Below are positions 1-12,212 of a DNA stretch of 64,000 nt, one piece after another. Source of the stretch: an uncultured Acidobacteriota bacterium. Lineage in GTDB: Bacteria; Acidobacteriota; Terriglobia; Terriglobales; Acidobacteriaceae. The notes beneath the pieces are model-generated. The model ran no database searches and was not told where the DNA came from. It saw only the letters and a list, made by a program, of their open reading frames with translations. The DNA lies in assembly GCA_963700225.1 (NCBI GenBank), contig CAVOWU010000011.1, positions 758 to 64,757 of the forward strand, read 5' to 3'. Position 1 is the first letter of the stretch, and the number at the start of each line of letters is the position of its first letter. The position numbers were made by a program, and so were the translations under genes.

Positions 1-878
1 ACCAGCAAGTAGTGGTAATTCACTTCGTTGCTTTGGAAGGGATCATCCGGCATCCTCTGAATGGGATAGGCATGGGCGCCACCGCCACCTGAAACCAAGT
101 AAGTGACGCCACCATGCTCGTGCCGTTCGTAATTGTGAACATGCCCTGAGAAAACGATGATGCGGTATGGCGCGCGGGCTTGGCGGGCTTCAAGCATCTT
201 GGCTAACGCTTGCTCCGGCGTCCGAGCCGAGTGTCCGCCTCCGTGCAACTTTTCATCCGACGAACTGGTAAAGGGTGGATGGTGGAGCATCAGAAAAACA
301 AAATTAACGTCCGAGGAAACGTGATCCAGCTTGTTCGTCAGCCACTCCCCTTGCGGTCCGCTGGCCTCTTCCAGTGAACTGTCGAGCACCAGCAGCAACG
401 CGTTCGCTGCGCGCACGGAGTAATAGCGGCTCTCCTTCAGCTCCGGAAATCGCTGAAAGTAGTTGTCCAGCGCGGTCTTAAGCTCTCCGTGAAATTCGTG
501 ATTGCCCAGCCCTGGATAGACCGGGATCTTCTTCTCACGCCAGATGCTCGTTTCGCTGTCCCAAACCTTCCAGTCATTCTTGTCGAAGCCGTTGTAGACA
601 AGATCGCCCGTGAAGCCAATGAATGCCGGATTGACCGCCGCGACTGCTTGCACGAGGGCGAAGCGTACCGCAGGGTTTGCGGGCTCGGTATCTTTGGGAT
701 CATGGAAGCGTGCGTCGCCGTATGCTACGAAGCGGAATGGCGTAGCTACATCGAGACGAAGATCGACAGCCGACGTCTGCGCACTCGATTTCCTGGTGCA
801 GTACGTGAGACCAAGAATCGTGGCGATCGCGATCAGTGCAACTGAGGTTTTCGCAAAGGATGTGCGTCCCGTGGTCAT
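1..878 (-). CDS. Metallophosphoesterase (calcineurin-like), partial; C-terminus lies beyond the window edge
   Basis: Absent from the ORF track because it runs off the edge. Minus-strand translation from ATG at 878 gives MTTGRTSFAKTSVALIAIATILG (signal/anchor). It is followed by GDARF, GDLVYNG, GLGNHEF, LMLHHPP and SGHVHNYERH motifs, with no stop down to base 1. Confidence 0.85.
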   Translation of the reverse strand, partial: MTTGRTSFAKTSVALIAIATILGLTYCTRKSSAQTSAVDLRLDVATPFRFVAYGDARFHDPKDTEPANPAVRFALVQAVAAVNPAFIGFTGDLVYNGFDKNDWKVWDSETSIWREKKIPVYPGLGNHEFHGELKTALDNYFQRFPELKESRYYSVRAANALLLVLDSSLEEASGPQGEWLTNKLDHVSSDVNFVFLMLHHPPFTSSSDEKLHGGGHSARTPEQALAKMLEARQARAPYRIIVFSGHVHNYERHEHGGVTYLVSGGGGAHAYPIQRMPDDPFQSNEVNYHYLL

Positions 879-902
879 AAACGTCCGATTTTCAAGTTGG
901 AG

Positions 903-1904
903 CTATTTTCCCACGACCAGCACTTCGAACTGACCGTTTTCGACAGTTGAAAGGAAGAGGCGATGCGTCTTCGGATCGAGCGCCATCGTTTTGGCTCGCG
1001 GAACGGTTTTCACGGTATCGACCACGGAGTATTTATCAGGACTGTCCTGATGAATGATGGTAATCGTTCCTTCACCGTTCGAATTGAAGATCAGTTTTGT
1101 CTCCGGATCGAACGCGGTGGCGTCAACATGATCTCCGATAGGCAGCGTAGTGATCACGCGCCCGCTATCCGAACTGACGACCGCCATGACTTTGCTGCGG
1201 CACCCAATGAATAAACGATGGTTCGCCCGGTCCATTGCCATACTGCTCGGAGAAGCGCAGGGAGCGGTCGGCCAGCGCTGTTCGACTTTGAGTTCATGCG
1301 AGTTGATCTTTAGAACCTGGCTTTCATCTTCGAGGTTATTAAAGACGTATCCGGTGCCGTCCGCCACAGCGTACTCGGGGCCACCTTCCAAATTCACTGT
1401 GCCGGCGACTTTGTTCGCCGCAACATCAATTGCTGTGGCGCTCTTGCTTTCTCCATTGAACGCGAAGACCCGCGAAGTGGCTGGATCATAGATGATGGCA
1501 TCAGGCTTCCGTCCTGTGGGGACATCCCCGATCCGGTTCAATGTCTTCAAATCGAAAATGGTCACAGTCGACGCTTGGCCATTGCTGACGAATCCTCGAC
1601 CGTATTGCGGGGCGATCGCGATTCCGTGTACGCCGGGCGTATTCGGAATCTTGCCGGCAATGCTCAAAGAATCGATGTCGACTACTTCCACTTGTGTCCC
1701 ATGCGAAACGTACAAGCGTCGGGCAACTTCATCGACAGTGAGGTAGTCGAAGCTCCCCTGGCCGGGTATGGGAATCTTGTGGATGACGGAATATCCGCCG
1801 GCGGACTGAGCTCCAGCGGAAACGGAGATAACGGCAAAGATCAACCAGAGAAATGTTGCGAGGATTGATGCCTTCTTGGCAGCAGTACGACGACCTTTGA
1901 ACAT
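903..1904 (-). CDS. Secreted YVTN/YncE-like beta-propeller protein
   Basis: ORF 903..1958. I prefer the internal ATG at 1904, which follows GAAGGAAGG. Hydrophobic signal FLWLIFAVISVSAGAQS, then repeated propeller-blade-like segments (GVHGIAIAP.., GRKPDAIIYDP.., GPEYAVADG..). Confidence 0.75.
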   Translation of the reverse strand: MFKGRRTAAKKASILATFLWLIFAVISVSAGAQSAGGYSVIHKIPIPGQGSFDYLTVDEVARRLYVSHGTQVEVVDIDSLSIAGKIPNTPGVHGIAIAPQYGRGFVSNGQASTVTIFDLKTLNRIGDVPTGRKPDAIIYDPATSRVFAFNGESKSATAIDVAANKVAGTVNLEGGPEYAVADGTGYVFNNLEDESQVLKINSHELKVEQRWPTAPCASPSSMAMDRANHRLFIGCRSKVMAVVSSDSGRVITTLPIGDHVDATAFDPETKLIFNSNGEGTITIIHQDSPDKYSVVDTVKTVPRAKTMALDPKTHRLFLSTVENGQFEVLVVGK

Positions 1905-2022
1905 AGTCCTTCCTTCATTCGCTTTGGTAGCGCTCGGTTCCGATAATCGGAAACGCAAGCATAGGTGGGGAACCTGAAGGTCTCCTGAACCCTCAAAGAA
2001 GAACTTTCAGGTTCGGGCCCGT

Positions 2023-4953
2023 CTATTCTCTGCGAGGTTCCCAGCGCAAGCCGAAGGAATAGGTGGGTCTGTAGTATTCGCGCTGGGTGACGTACCACGG
2101 GCTGCCGTTGTAGAAGCCGAAGACCTGGTCAGTAAGGTTTAAACCCTGCCACAGAACGGTCAGAGTCCGCTGCACGCGGAAGCTGGCCTGTGCATCGACC
2201 TGCAGGTGGGCGTAGAGGTAATTGTCGCCGACCGGTCCCTTTGGGCCGAGATAGCCGGGATCTTCGCAGCCGCCGCCGTTGGATTGCGCAGTCGTGCATT
2301 GCGTCCACTGATATTGGTAGATGCTCGCACTGTTGTAGGTGGCACCCAAGCGGGCAGAGAACCGGCCATGGTCGTAGCTCGGACTGAGATTCCACATCGT
2401 TGGGGTCTGCCGTTGCAGCGCTGGATTGTCGCTTCGAAGCGGCAGAGTGCCGGCGCTAGAACCGGTCTTGCTGAAGTTTGCCATGATGCCGAACCCGCTC
2501 CATGCGCCCGGAAGGAATCCGAGGTGCTGGACGTACGCAAACTCAACCCCGTATAGCTTCGCGTTCACTCCGTTCGCGATGTACGAAAATATGTCTCCCA
2601 CATACTGTGGATATTGAGCACCCTGATAGTTGGGATCGGCGAGATAATAAATGGGCTGGCTTAACTGTTTGTAGAAGAACCCCGCTTGCAGCAGGCCATA
2701 CGGTTTCAGGTAATGCTCGTAGAGCACATCATAGTCGTTGGCGTGCTCTGGCTTGAGGCTCGGATTTCCCACCGACACGGTAAGCGGCTGCGTGCTGTTA
2801 TCCAGAGTTATATAGGGCACCATGTCGTAGGGGTTTGGGCGCGAGATGGCGCGTGCGTAAACAGCGCGAATATCAGAATCATCCGTAATCCGATAACGGA
2901 GTTGGACGCTGGGCAGAGGATCCCAGTACCAGGAATTCGCCTGCTGCGGGGTGACAGTTGCCTGAGTACTGGTGGCATTATTCGTCACCAAGAATCCAAG
3001 GATATCTAACTGCGTGGCCTCAACGCGCAAGCCGGTCTGCAGCCGGAAACGCCCGAACTCGATGGTGTTCATGGCGTAGGCGGCCGAAATGCGTTCCGTG
3101 AGGTCGTAGTTGCTGGCATCCGAACCGAATGCCGTCGCGGGCTGATCGAGTGAAAGGACTCCTTGGCTAATAAGGTTGCTTAGATCGCCCGAAATCTTGT
3201 TGTAGTTTGTAACCGGTCCGAGCGGATAAGCGTTGAAGTAGTAGTGAGGATTGGTGAATCCGCTCAGGTATTGGGACATCAACGCCGTGCTTGGGTTCGG
3301 CAGGAATTGTTGGTCGTAGGTCGGAGAATATGCGTCCTGTCCTTTGTGCGCGTTCCGCTCCTTGAATCCAAACTCAAAAGTGGAGAAGTGAGAGCCCAGA
3401 TGGTAGTTCCTGGCGTAGGACACGGCTCCTTGGAGATTCACTTGCGAGGTTTCCCCAGACGTGCCGTCAAACTCGGTGATGTTGTATTGGGTTGGATCGT
3501 AAGTCGGAGATCCGAAGCAAGACGGGTCCCACTGCGGCAAGTGGAAATTGGGACCCTGTACGTTGACGCAAGTGCTGAGATTGCTCAGGGGGCTGCCTGA
3601 TACCGGCTTGAAAGTCGCCCCCGGGTTTCCAGCCGCGCCCAACTCGCGCGAACGTGCCGCTGAGAGATCCCAGCTCAGCCAGGAAGTGCTGAAGATATGC
3701 TTGCCGCCGATCGCGATGCTGGCAGCCCCATAGTCCGGTACGCGTTGAGAAGTGGTGAACTTAGGAATATCGCCAGCGATGATCGGAGGCGCCGTCGGCC
3801 CCGCCGGATTTTGCGTGACATCGTCGTTCAAAGTGTAGACCCACTTGTTGCCGTAATCTTTGAAGTCGGAATCGAAGTAGTGCAGGTAGAGGCCGGAGGC
3901 CGGATCTTTCAATTTGTAATCGAGCGAACCGCCAAAGCCATAACGCTTGCGCTGGTACCGGTACTCGCGGATGTCGATGCTGTCGTAAACAGGAATGCTG
4001 TAGTAGGGATCGGGTTGAGGTTCAATGTCGTCGATCCCCCGGCCGTTATAGTCGTAGCTGCCGGAGAACAATGCTCCGAAACGCTTGTCATGTCCAAAGC
4101 GCTGCCCCACAGTACCGGTCACTAAGCCGATATAACGGGTGTTTACAATGGGAGTGAACCCGCCGATTCCCTCCAGTTTCAAAGTCGGGAGATCACCGGC
4201 TTTCTTGGTGACCAGGTTCACGGTTCCGCCGATGGCGTCAGCATCCTGATTGGCGGCCAGGGTCTTGTTCACCTCAACCGATTCGACGATGTCGGATGGA
4301 ATCGTGTCTAATTTGAACTGGCGCACGTTGTCTTCCGGCGCGGGAAGTTCGACTCCGTCTACTGTCGTGTTGTTCAGGCGTGGCTCGGTGCCGCGAATCT
4401 GTACGTATTTGCCTTCGCCCTCGTCGCGCTCCAAACTTACCCCCGGCATCCGGCCCACGACATCCGCGATGTTTTCATTTGGGAGACTTTGAATTACGCC
4501 CTGCGGCATCACATCCAGGATGTTGTCAGACGTGCGCTGCTCGTTAATTGCCTGAGCTACGCCTTGGGCATCTGCGACGACAGTTACTTCTTCACTCGCG
4601 CTTGAAACCTTCATTTGAGCTTCGACCCGTGTTGCTTGGCCGCCGATCACCTTAACCTGTTGCGTGAAGACCGCGAATCCTACGTATGAAATGGTAAGCG
4701 TATAGTCGCCGGGCGCGATCGCGATGAAATTGAATTCACCTTGTCCGTCAGTCGCACCGGTGACGTCCCCCGGTTGCAACTTCACGCGTGCGCCTGGGAG
4801 AACGGCGCCTTCCCGGTCGACAGCTCGGCCGCTGACGGTGCCGCTTTTTTGCTGTGCCGGTGCGGCGACTGTCAGAACCAAGGCCGTAAGAACGAGCGTG
4901 CCTAGGAAACGGCAAGAGAACGGAGCCATAAGAAAGGGACGATTGCATTTCAC
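2023..4953 (-). CDS. TonB-dependent receptor with N-terminal carboxypeptidase-regulatory-like domain
   Basis: 976-aa ORF with a GTG start 7 nt after AAGGAGG and a signal peptide. GTVSGRAVD..GDYTLTISYVGF is CarboxypepD_reg-like. Plug motifs (DVVGRMPGVS, IRGTEPR) are followed by a long beta-barrel region. Confidence 0.9.
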   Translation of the reverse strand: MKCNRPFLMAPFSCRFLGTLVLTALVLTVAAPAQQKSGTVSGRAVDREGAVLPGARVKLQPGDVTGATDGQGEFNFIAIAPGDYTLTISYVGFAVFTQQVKVIGGQATRVEAQMKVSSASEEVTVVADAQGVAQAINEQRTSDNILDVMPQGVIQSLPNENIADVVGRMPGVSLERDEGEGKYVQIRGTEPRLNNTTVDGVELPAPEDNVRQFKLDTIPSDIVESVEVNKTLAANQDADAIGGTVNLVTKKAGDLPTLKLEGIGGFTPIVNTRYIGLVTGTVGQRFGHDKRFGALFSGSYDYNGRGIDDIEPQPDPYYSIPVYDSIDIREYRYQRKRYGFGGSLDYKLKDPASGLYLHYFDSDFKDYGNKWVYTLNDDVTQNPAGPTAPPIIAGDIPKFTTSQRVPDYGAASIAIGGKHIFSTSWLSWDLSAARSRELGAAGNPGATFKPVSGSPLSNLSTCVNVQGPNFHLPQWDPSCFGSPTYDPTQYNITEFDGTSGETSQVNLQGAVSYARNYHLGSHFSTFEFGFKERNAHKGQDAYSPTYDQQFLPNPSTALMSQYLSGFTNPHYYFNAYPLGPVTNYNKISGDLSNLISQGVLSLDQPATAFGSDASNYDLTERISAAYAMNTIEFGRFRLQTGLRVEATQLDILGFLVTNNATSTQATVTPQQANSWYWDPLPSVQLRYRITDDSDIRAVYARAISRPNPYDMVPYITLDNSTQPLTVSVGNPSLKPEHANDYDVLYEHYLKPYGLLQAGFFYKQLSQPIYYLADPNYQGAQYPQYVGDIFSYIANGVNAKLYGVEFAYVQHLGFLPGAWSGFGIMANFSKTGSSAGTLPLRSDNPALQRQTPTMWNLSPSYDHGRFSARLGATYNSASIYQYQWTQCTTAQSNGGGCEDPGYLGPKGPVGDNYLYAHLQVDAQASFRVQRTLTVLWQGLNLTDQVFGFYNGSPWYVTQREYYRPTYSFGLRWEPRRE

Positions 4954-5228
4954 GAACTGACCTCCTTAAAGCTAGTGTCATTAGCTGGAGAGCCGCGCCC
5001 TTTTGCAGAGGGACCAGACTCTCGCGGGGGCAAAATGCCTCCATAAAGACAACTTTGTCGACCGGGATGACTCGCAATGCTAGGTGGCTCTTGTAAAGGA
5101 GTGATGAAAGGCCCATTAATATTTTTTCAGGTTGGCTGTTTTTGCAGGAAAATCTGGTTCGTTCTACACTCGCCGTTGGATGAAAACAACGCTATAAACA
5201 TGCCGCCGTCCGAGCACAAAAGCTACTG

Positions 5229-5909
5229 ATGAATCTGCTGATCATAGAAGATGAAATCCGGATGGCCGACCTCCTGCGGAAGGGATTAACCGAGGAAGGC
5301 CACAATGCGACCTGCGCCTCGGACGGTGTGGAAGGGCTGGCGCTCGCAAAATCCTACGAGTTCGACGTCATTATTCTCGACATCATGATGCCCAAGCTGA
5401 GTGGATACGAACTCGCAAAACGTTTGCGCCAGGAAAAAATTCGAACGCCAATTCTGATGCTGACCGCGCGAGATTCCGTGCCCGACATCGTCCGTGGTCT
5501 CGACCTCGGCGCCGACGACTACATGACCAAGCCGTTTTCTTTTGACGAGCTGGTTGCGCGGCTGCGCGCGGTCAAGCGGCGGGCTCTCACTGCAGAAGAC
5601 ACTCACCTGCAAATCGCGGACCTGGTCTTGGACCCGGCAAGCCGAGAAGTAGCACGCGCAGGAGAACGCGTCTCACTAACTCGTACGGAATACAATCTTC
5701 TGGAACGCCTGATGTACCGCGCGGGGAAAGTCGTATCGCGCCGGTCGCTCATCGAGTCGGTGTGGGGATTCGAGCGCGACATCGAAGAAAATACCCTGGA
5801 TGCTTTCATGCGCCTGCTGCGAAATAAAATCGATCCGCCGGGAAGGCAGAAATTGATTCACACTGTTCGCGGTATCGGCTACATGATTCGTACGGATGGA
5901 AAGGCATGA
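5229..5909 (+). CDS. OmpR/PhoB-family response regulator
   Basis: REC domain (LLIIEDE, DVIILDIMMP, LMLTA, KPF) plus a winged-helix output (LTRTEYNLLERL, TVRGIGYMI). Confidence 0.93.
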   Translation: MNLLIIEDEIRMADLLRKGLTEEGHNATCASDGVEGLALAKSYEFDVIILDIMMPKLSGYELAKRLRQEKIRTPILMLTARDSVPDIVRGLDLGADDYMTKPFSFDELVARLRAVKRRALTAEDTHLQIADLVLDPASREVARAGERVSLTRTEYNLLERLMYRAGKVVSRRSLIESVWGFERDIEENTLDAFMRLLRNKIDPPGRQKLIHTVRGIGYMIRTDGKA

Positions 5910-7324
5910 AGAGGCTCTCGATCGGAGTGCGCCTGATGCTGTGGTACGTGGCGATTTTTGCTCTTGGAGAGCTCGCCTTCGGCGCCGGCATGTGGTTCAT
6001 CCTTCGCCAAAATCTTTATGACCTGGTGGACGATGGCATTGAGAGCCAGGTCGACGACTTGAAAAGTTTCCTCGAAGCGCAGAAAAAAGATGCCACAGTC
6101 GCGAAGCTGCGGGAAGAGGTGGACGAGAGCTACTCAATCGAGCATACGGGCGACTACCTGGCGATTTACAACGAGAGCGGCGAATCGATTTATCAGTCGG
6201 CTATTTTGCAGGCACACCCTTCCGTCCTTATTCCACCGGATCAGGTGAAGCGGCCTCTCACCAAGAGTCGCCGGATCGACGGCAAGCCCTTCCGCTTTCG
6301 CTTCCAAAGGCTCAGTGTCAATGGCCACGTGTTCACTGCGGAGATGGGAGCCCCCGCGGACGATGCGGTGGACACTTTACATCTGTTTCGCTCTTACCTG
6401 CTGATGTTTGCCCCGTTGCTGCTAGCCGTGGCCGCCGGGGTTGGCTACTGGATGAGTCGACGAGCACTCGCTCCCGTGGACGAGCTCGTTCGCACTGCGC
6501 GAGAAGTCGGCGGCGCGAACCTCAGCAGCCGGCTCCAGAAACTGGAAACTGGCGACGAGCTGCAGCGTCTGTCCGATACGTTGAATGAAATGCTAGACCG
6601 CATCGAGACTGCTTTTCTCCGGGTCACGCAATTCACAGCGGACGCATCGCATGAGCTTCGAACACCAGTCTCTCTCATCCGTACCGAGGCAGAACTGGCC
6701 CTGCGCCGTTCGCGCGGAGAAGCCGAATACCAGGAGGCACTGCGCCACATCCTGCTTGAGTCGGAACGCACGACAATGTTGCTGGAACAACTATTGTCGC
6801 TGGCCCGGGCTGATTCCGGGCGCGAGACGCTGCAGATGCAACCGGTAGACTTACGATCGCTGCTTCGCAAAGTTGTCGACAACTGGCAGCGAGTCGCAGC
6901 CGTCCGCGGGCTGAAGTTTGCCGCGACCGTCGACGATCAAGACGGATTCGTGATGGGCGACGAAACGCTGCTCCATCGGCTGGTGGACATCCTTCTCGAC
7001 AATGCCTTCAAGTTCACTCCGGCCTCGGGCTCGGTGCGATTGTCGCTCGAGTCCGGCGGAGATAGTCTGCGTATATCCGTTCAGGATTCGGGTGTCGGCA
7101 TCTCCCAGGAGGAGCAACAAAAGATCTTCGAACGCTTTTACCGCGTCGACAAAGCTCACAGTCGCACTCAAGGCGGCGCCGGCCTTGGTCTCGCCATCGC
7201 GCAGTGGATCGCTTCTCAGCACCGCAGTTCAATCACGGTAGAGAGCAATCCGGGTGAGGGAGCTTTGTTCTGTGTGGAATTGCCCAAGATCGCGGCGCCG
7301 GTCGCCAGCCCGCTGCCGGCATAA
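5906..7324 (+). CDS. Sensor histidine kinase (TM-HAMP-HisKA-HATPase)
   Basis: ATGA overlap with the regulator gene. H-box SHELRTPV, N-box DNAFKFT, G-boxes DSGVGI and GGAGLGLAI, and two predicted TM segments. Confidence 0.93.
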   Translation: MKRLSIGVRLMLWYVAIFALGELAFGAGMWFILRQNLYDLVDDGIESQVDDLKSFLEAQKKDATVAKLREEVDESYSIEHTGDYLAIYNESGESIYQSAILQAHPSVLIPPDQVKRPLTKSRRIDGKPFRFRFQRLSVNGHVFTAEMGAPADDAVDTLHLFRSYLLMFAPLLLAVAAGVGYWMSRRALAPVDELVRTAREVGGANLSSRLQKLETGDELQRLSDTLNEMLDRIETAFLRVTQFTADASHELRTPVSLIRTEAELALRRSRGEAEYQEALRHILLESERTTMLLEQLLSLARADSGRETLQMQPVDLRSLLRKVVDNWQRVAAVRGLKFAATVDDQDGFVMGDETLLHRLVDILLDNAFKFTPASGSVRLSLESGGDSLRISVQDSGVGISQEEQQKIFERFYRVDKAHSRTQGGAGLGLAIAQWIASQHRSSITVESNPGEGALFCVELPKIAAPVASPLPA

Positions 7325-7376
7325 CCCAGTTTCATAATCGAGAACAGCTGCCGTACAATAGAGAAGCCTTCCGAAC

Positions 7377-7463
7377 GCCGGGATGGCGGAACTGGCAGAC
7401 GCAGCGGACTCAAAATCCGCCGACCTTCGGGTCTTGGGGGTTCGACTCCCCCTCCCGGCACCA
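7377..7463 (+). tRNA. tRNA-Leu (anticodon CAA), class II with long variable arm and encoded CCA
   Basis: Folded by hand. Acceptor GCCGGGA/TCCCGGC, anticodon stem GCGGA/TCCGC, loop CTCAAAA (anticodon 7411-7413, A37). Variable arm CGACCTTCGGGTCTT, T arm GGGGG-TTCGACT-CCCCC, then A-CCA. Confidence 0.93.
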
Positions 7464-7466
7464 ACC
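7383..7466 (+). repeat. Copy 1 of an 84/85-nt direct repeat (body and 3' end of tRNA-Leu)
   Basis: Matches 17873..17957 apart from two substitutions (tRNA positions 36 and 37) and one extra T in the variable arm of copy 2. Confidence 0.85.
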
Positions 7467-7693
7467 CCCAAAGCCCACAGAATACGCGGCTAGCTGGTGA
7501 TAGCTCCCGCATGAGATGCACCTCTGGAGCAGACGCTGCGGATTTCGCGCCGATATATAACCAACGCGCGTTGAGTCTATCCAACTGAAAATAGTAAATT
7601 TACCTACAAAGCGCTGTAGTAAGCATGGTTTGCACACCTCTTCCACACTCTCAGGGTCCCTCGTCCTCCGAACTGCGACTCGAGCCTGGTGAA

Positions 7694-10589
<2,896 letters not shown>

Positions 10590-10592
10590 AAT

Positions 10593-12131
10593 TCAACGGC
10601 ACTCGAAGTTGGCTGCGTCTTCCGTGTCTCCTTGCCCCTTGTATTGTGCGTGCTTCGGATAAGGACACAGCGGCCGGCTGCGCCCAGGAAAGGCCTTGCC
10701 AGTCGCGATCACTGATGTAGGCGTTATTCCTTTCTCGACCCAGCTGACCATTGCGCCCAAGAGATCAAACTGATCCAGCGCCTGACCTCCGCCACAATGG
10801 CTCATGCCTGGAACGAAATAGAACTGACTCCACTTCGACACGGCGTCGAGGCTCCCGTTTGCAGCCGCCATATTCTTGTAGTATTCGAACGTGTCGAGAG
10901 GCGAGAACCACGGATCGCTATCGCCGTGGTAGAAGATCAACTTCCCTCCGTGCGCGGAGAAGGTTGTCAAATTTGTGGACATCGAATCCACGAGCGGTTG
11001 GCTGGCCGCCAGAGCTTCCTTATCAACGTCCAATGTCATGTCCGTCGTCGCGGGCCCGAAAATGCCAGGTCCCGGTGAGAGCAATCCTCGGAACGGCGGA
11101 CCGTTTGTGATGCCCGTGTCGTAAAGGAATCCAGCATAGACTTGGGTTCCACTCGACGTCTTCGGCCCTCCCACGGCCTTCTTGATCGCGGCCGCTTTTT
11201 CCGGAGCCAAGCAGGAGTTATTCGTTTCGCCTTTACACGCCAACATCTCGGGGTCGAAGTCACACCCGAGCGGATCGGAGATCAAGCCGTCGGCGACACC
11301 ATCCTTGGCATCGCACTTTTTGATGAGAGCATCCCTGATCAGCTTGCGGTCATTGTCTGTAATCGATTGCTCGATGATTGGTTTCCCGTTTGCGTCTTTC
11401 GGAGCAGCTTGATTGAAGGCGATCGGAATCCATCGGCCGATCGCTAGATTGGAAAACCCAGTGCGCATCGCGGGGTCGCCGGAGATGATGCCATTGAAAA
11501 CCGTTGGATAACGCTGCGAAAGAATCATGCCTTCGCGCCCGCCAGTGGAGCATCCGGAAAAGTACGAAAAGGCAGCCGGTTTGCCGTAGTGCTCGGCGAT
11601 GAGTTGTTTGGCCAATGCGGCGACCTCGGCGTTCGCGAGGTAAGCAAAATCCAGATACGCCTGCTGATCGCGCATGAAACCGAAATCAAATCCTGGGTGG
11701 CGGCTCTTATGACCTGTATCCGTGCTTACAACCGCGAATCCGCGTATGAGTCCAGGCGTGTCTCCAGCAGCGTTCAATCCAACGGGCGGAAGTACAATGC
11801 CGTTGCTACCTCCGCCACCTTGCATCAGCAAGTCGCCGTTCCATTGGTCGGGCATCGCCAAGGCGAACGTGATTCCAAACTCTTCTCCGTCAACTCCAGT
11901 GCGCCGGTTCATTACACCTTCGACTCGGCAATATGCAGGCAAAGGTGCCGTGCGAGTCTGGTTCCATGGAATGGCCTCGGTGGTTCCGGCAGCAATGGCC
12001 GCCGCTTTCGTGATTTCAACATTCTCGGCTTTGAAGTTGGTCAGCTTCGCGCAGGAGTTCGGTTCCTGCGCCCACGCACAACTAGCGGAGACAAACACCA
12101 AAAGCATGTTTCTTAGGAATTTCGTATGCAT
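10593..12131 (-). CDS. Tannase / feruloyl esterase family protein
   Basis: 512 aa with a signal peptide. Family-typical GCSTGGREG nucleophile motif and multiple conserved Cys. The stop lies 3 nt before the GH51 ORF. Confidence 0.85.
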   Translation of the reverse strand: MHTKFLRNMLLVFVSASCAWAQEPNSCAKLTNFKAENVEITKAAAIAAGTTEAIPWNQTRTAPLPAYCRVEGVMNRRTGVDGEEFGITFALAMPDQWNGDLLMQGGGGSNGIVLPPVGLNAAGDTPGLIRGFAVVSTDTGHKSRHPGFDFGFMRDQQAYLDFAYLANAEVAALAKQLIAEHYGKPAAFSYFSGCSTGGREGMILSQRYPTVFNGIISGDPAMRTGFSNLAIGRWIPIAFNQAAPKDANGKPIIEQSITDNDRKLIRDALIKKCDAKDGVADGLISDPLGCDFDPEMLACKGETNNSCLAPEKAAAIKKAVGGPKTSSGTQVYAGFLYDTGITNGPPFRGLLSPGPGIFGPATTDMTLDVDKEALAASQPLVDSMSTNLTTFSAHGGKLIFYHGDSDPWFSPLDTFEYYKNMAAANGSLDAVSKWSQFYFVPGMSHCGGGQALDQFDLLGAMVSWVEKGITPTSVIATGKAFPGRSRPLCPYPKHAQYKGQGDTEDAANFECR

Positions 12132-12212
12132 ATCGCCTCAATCTCTGAACTGCTCGTCAAAGCCCGCGTGAAACATTTGCGCATCCCTACGCGATCAGGG
12201 CGAGCGCGACAA

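Noticed and set aside
437-845. ORFs 437..703(-) and 489..845(+) from the track
   Set aside because: Both are off-frame or antisense to the edge-truncated metallophosphoesterase, whose motifs span the whole of 1..878.
4954-5228. Possible riboswitch (for example cobalamin) in the leader of the TonB receptor gene
   Set aside because: I could find no B12-box-like GCCACTG core or other conserved riboswitch core on the minus strand. The region is more simply a divergent promoter shared with the two-component operon.
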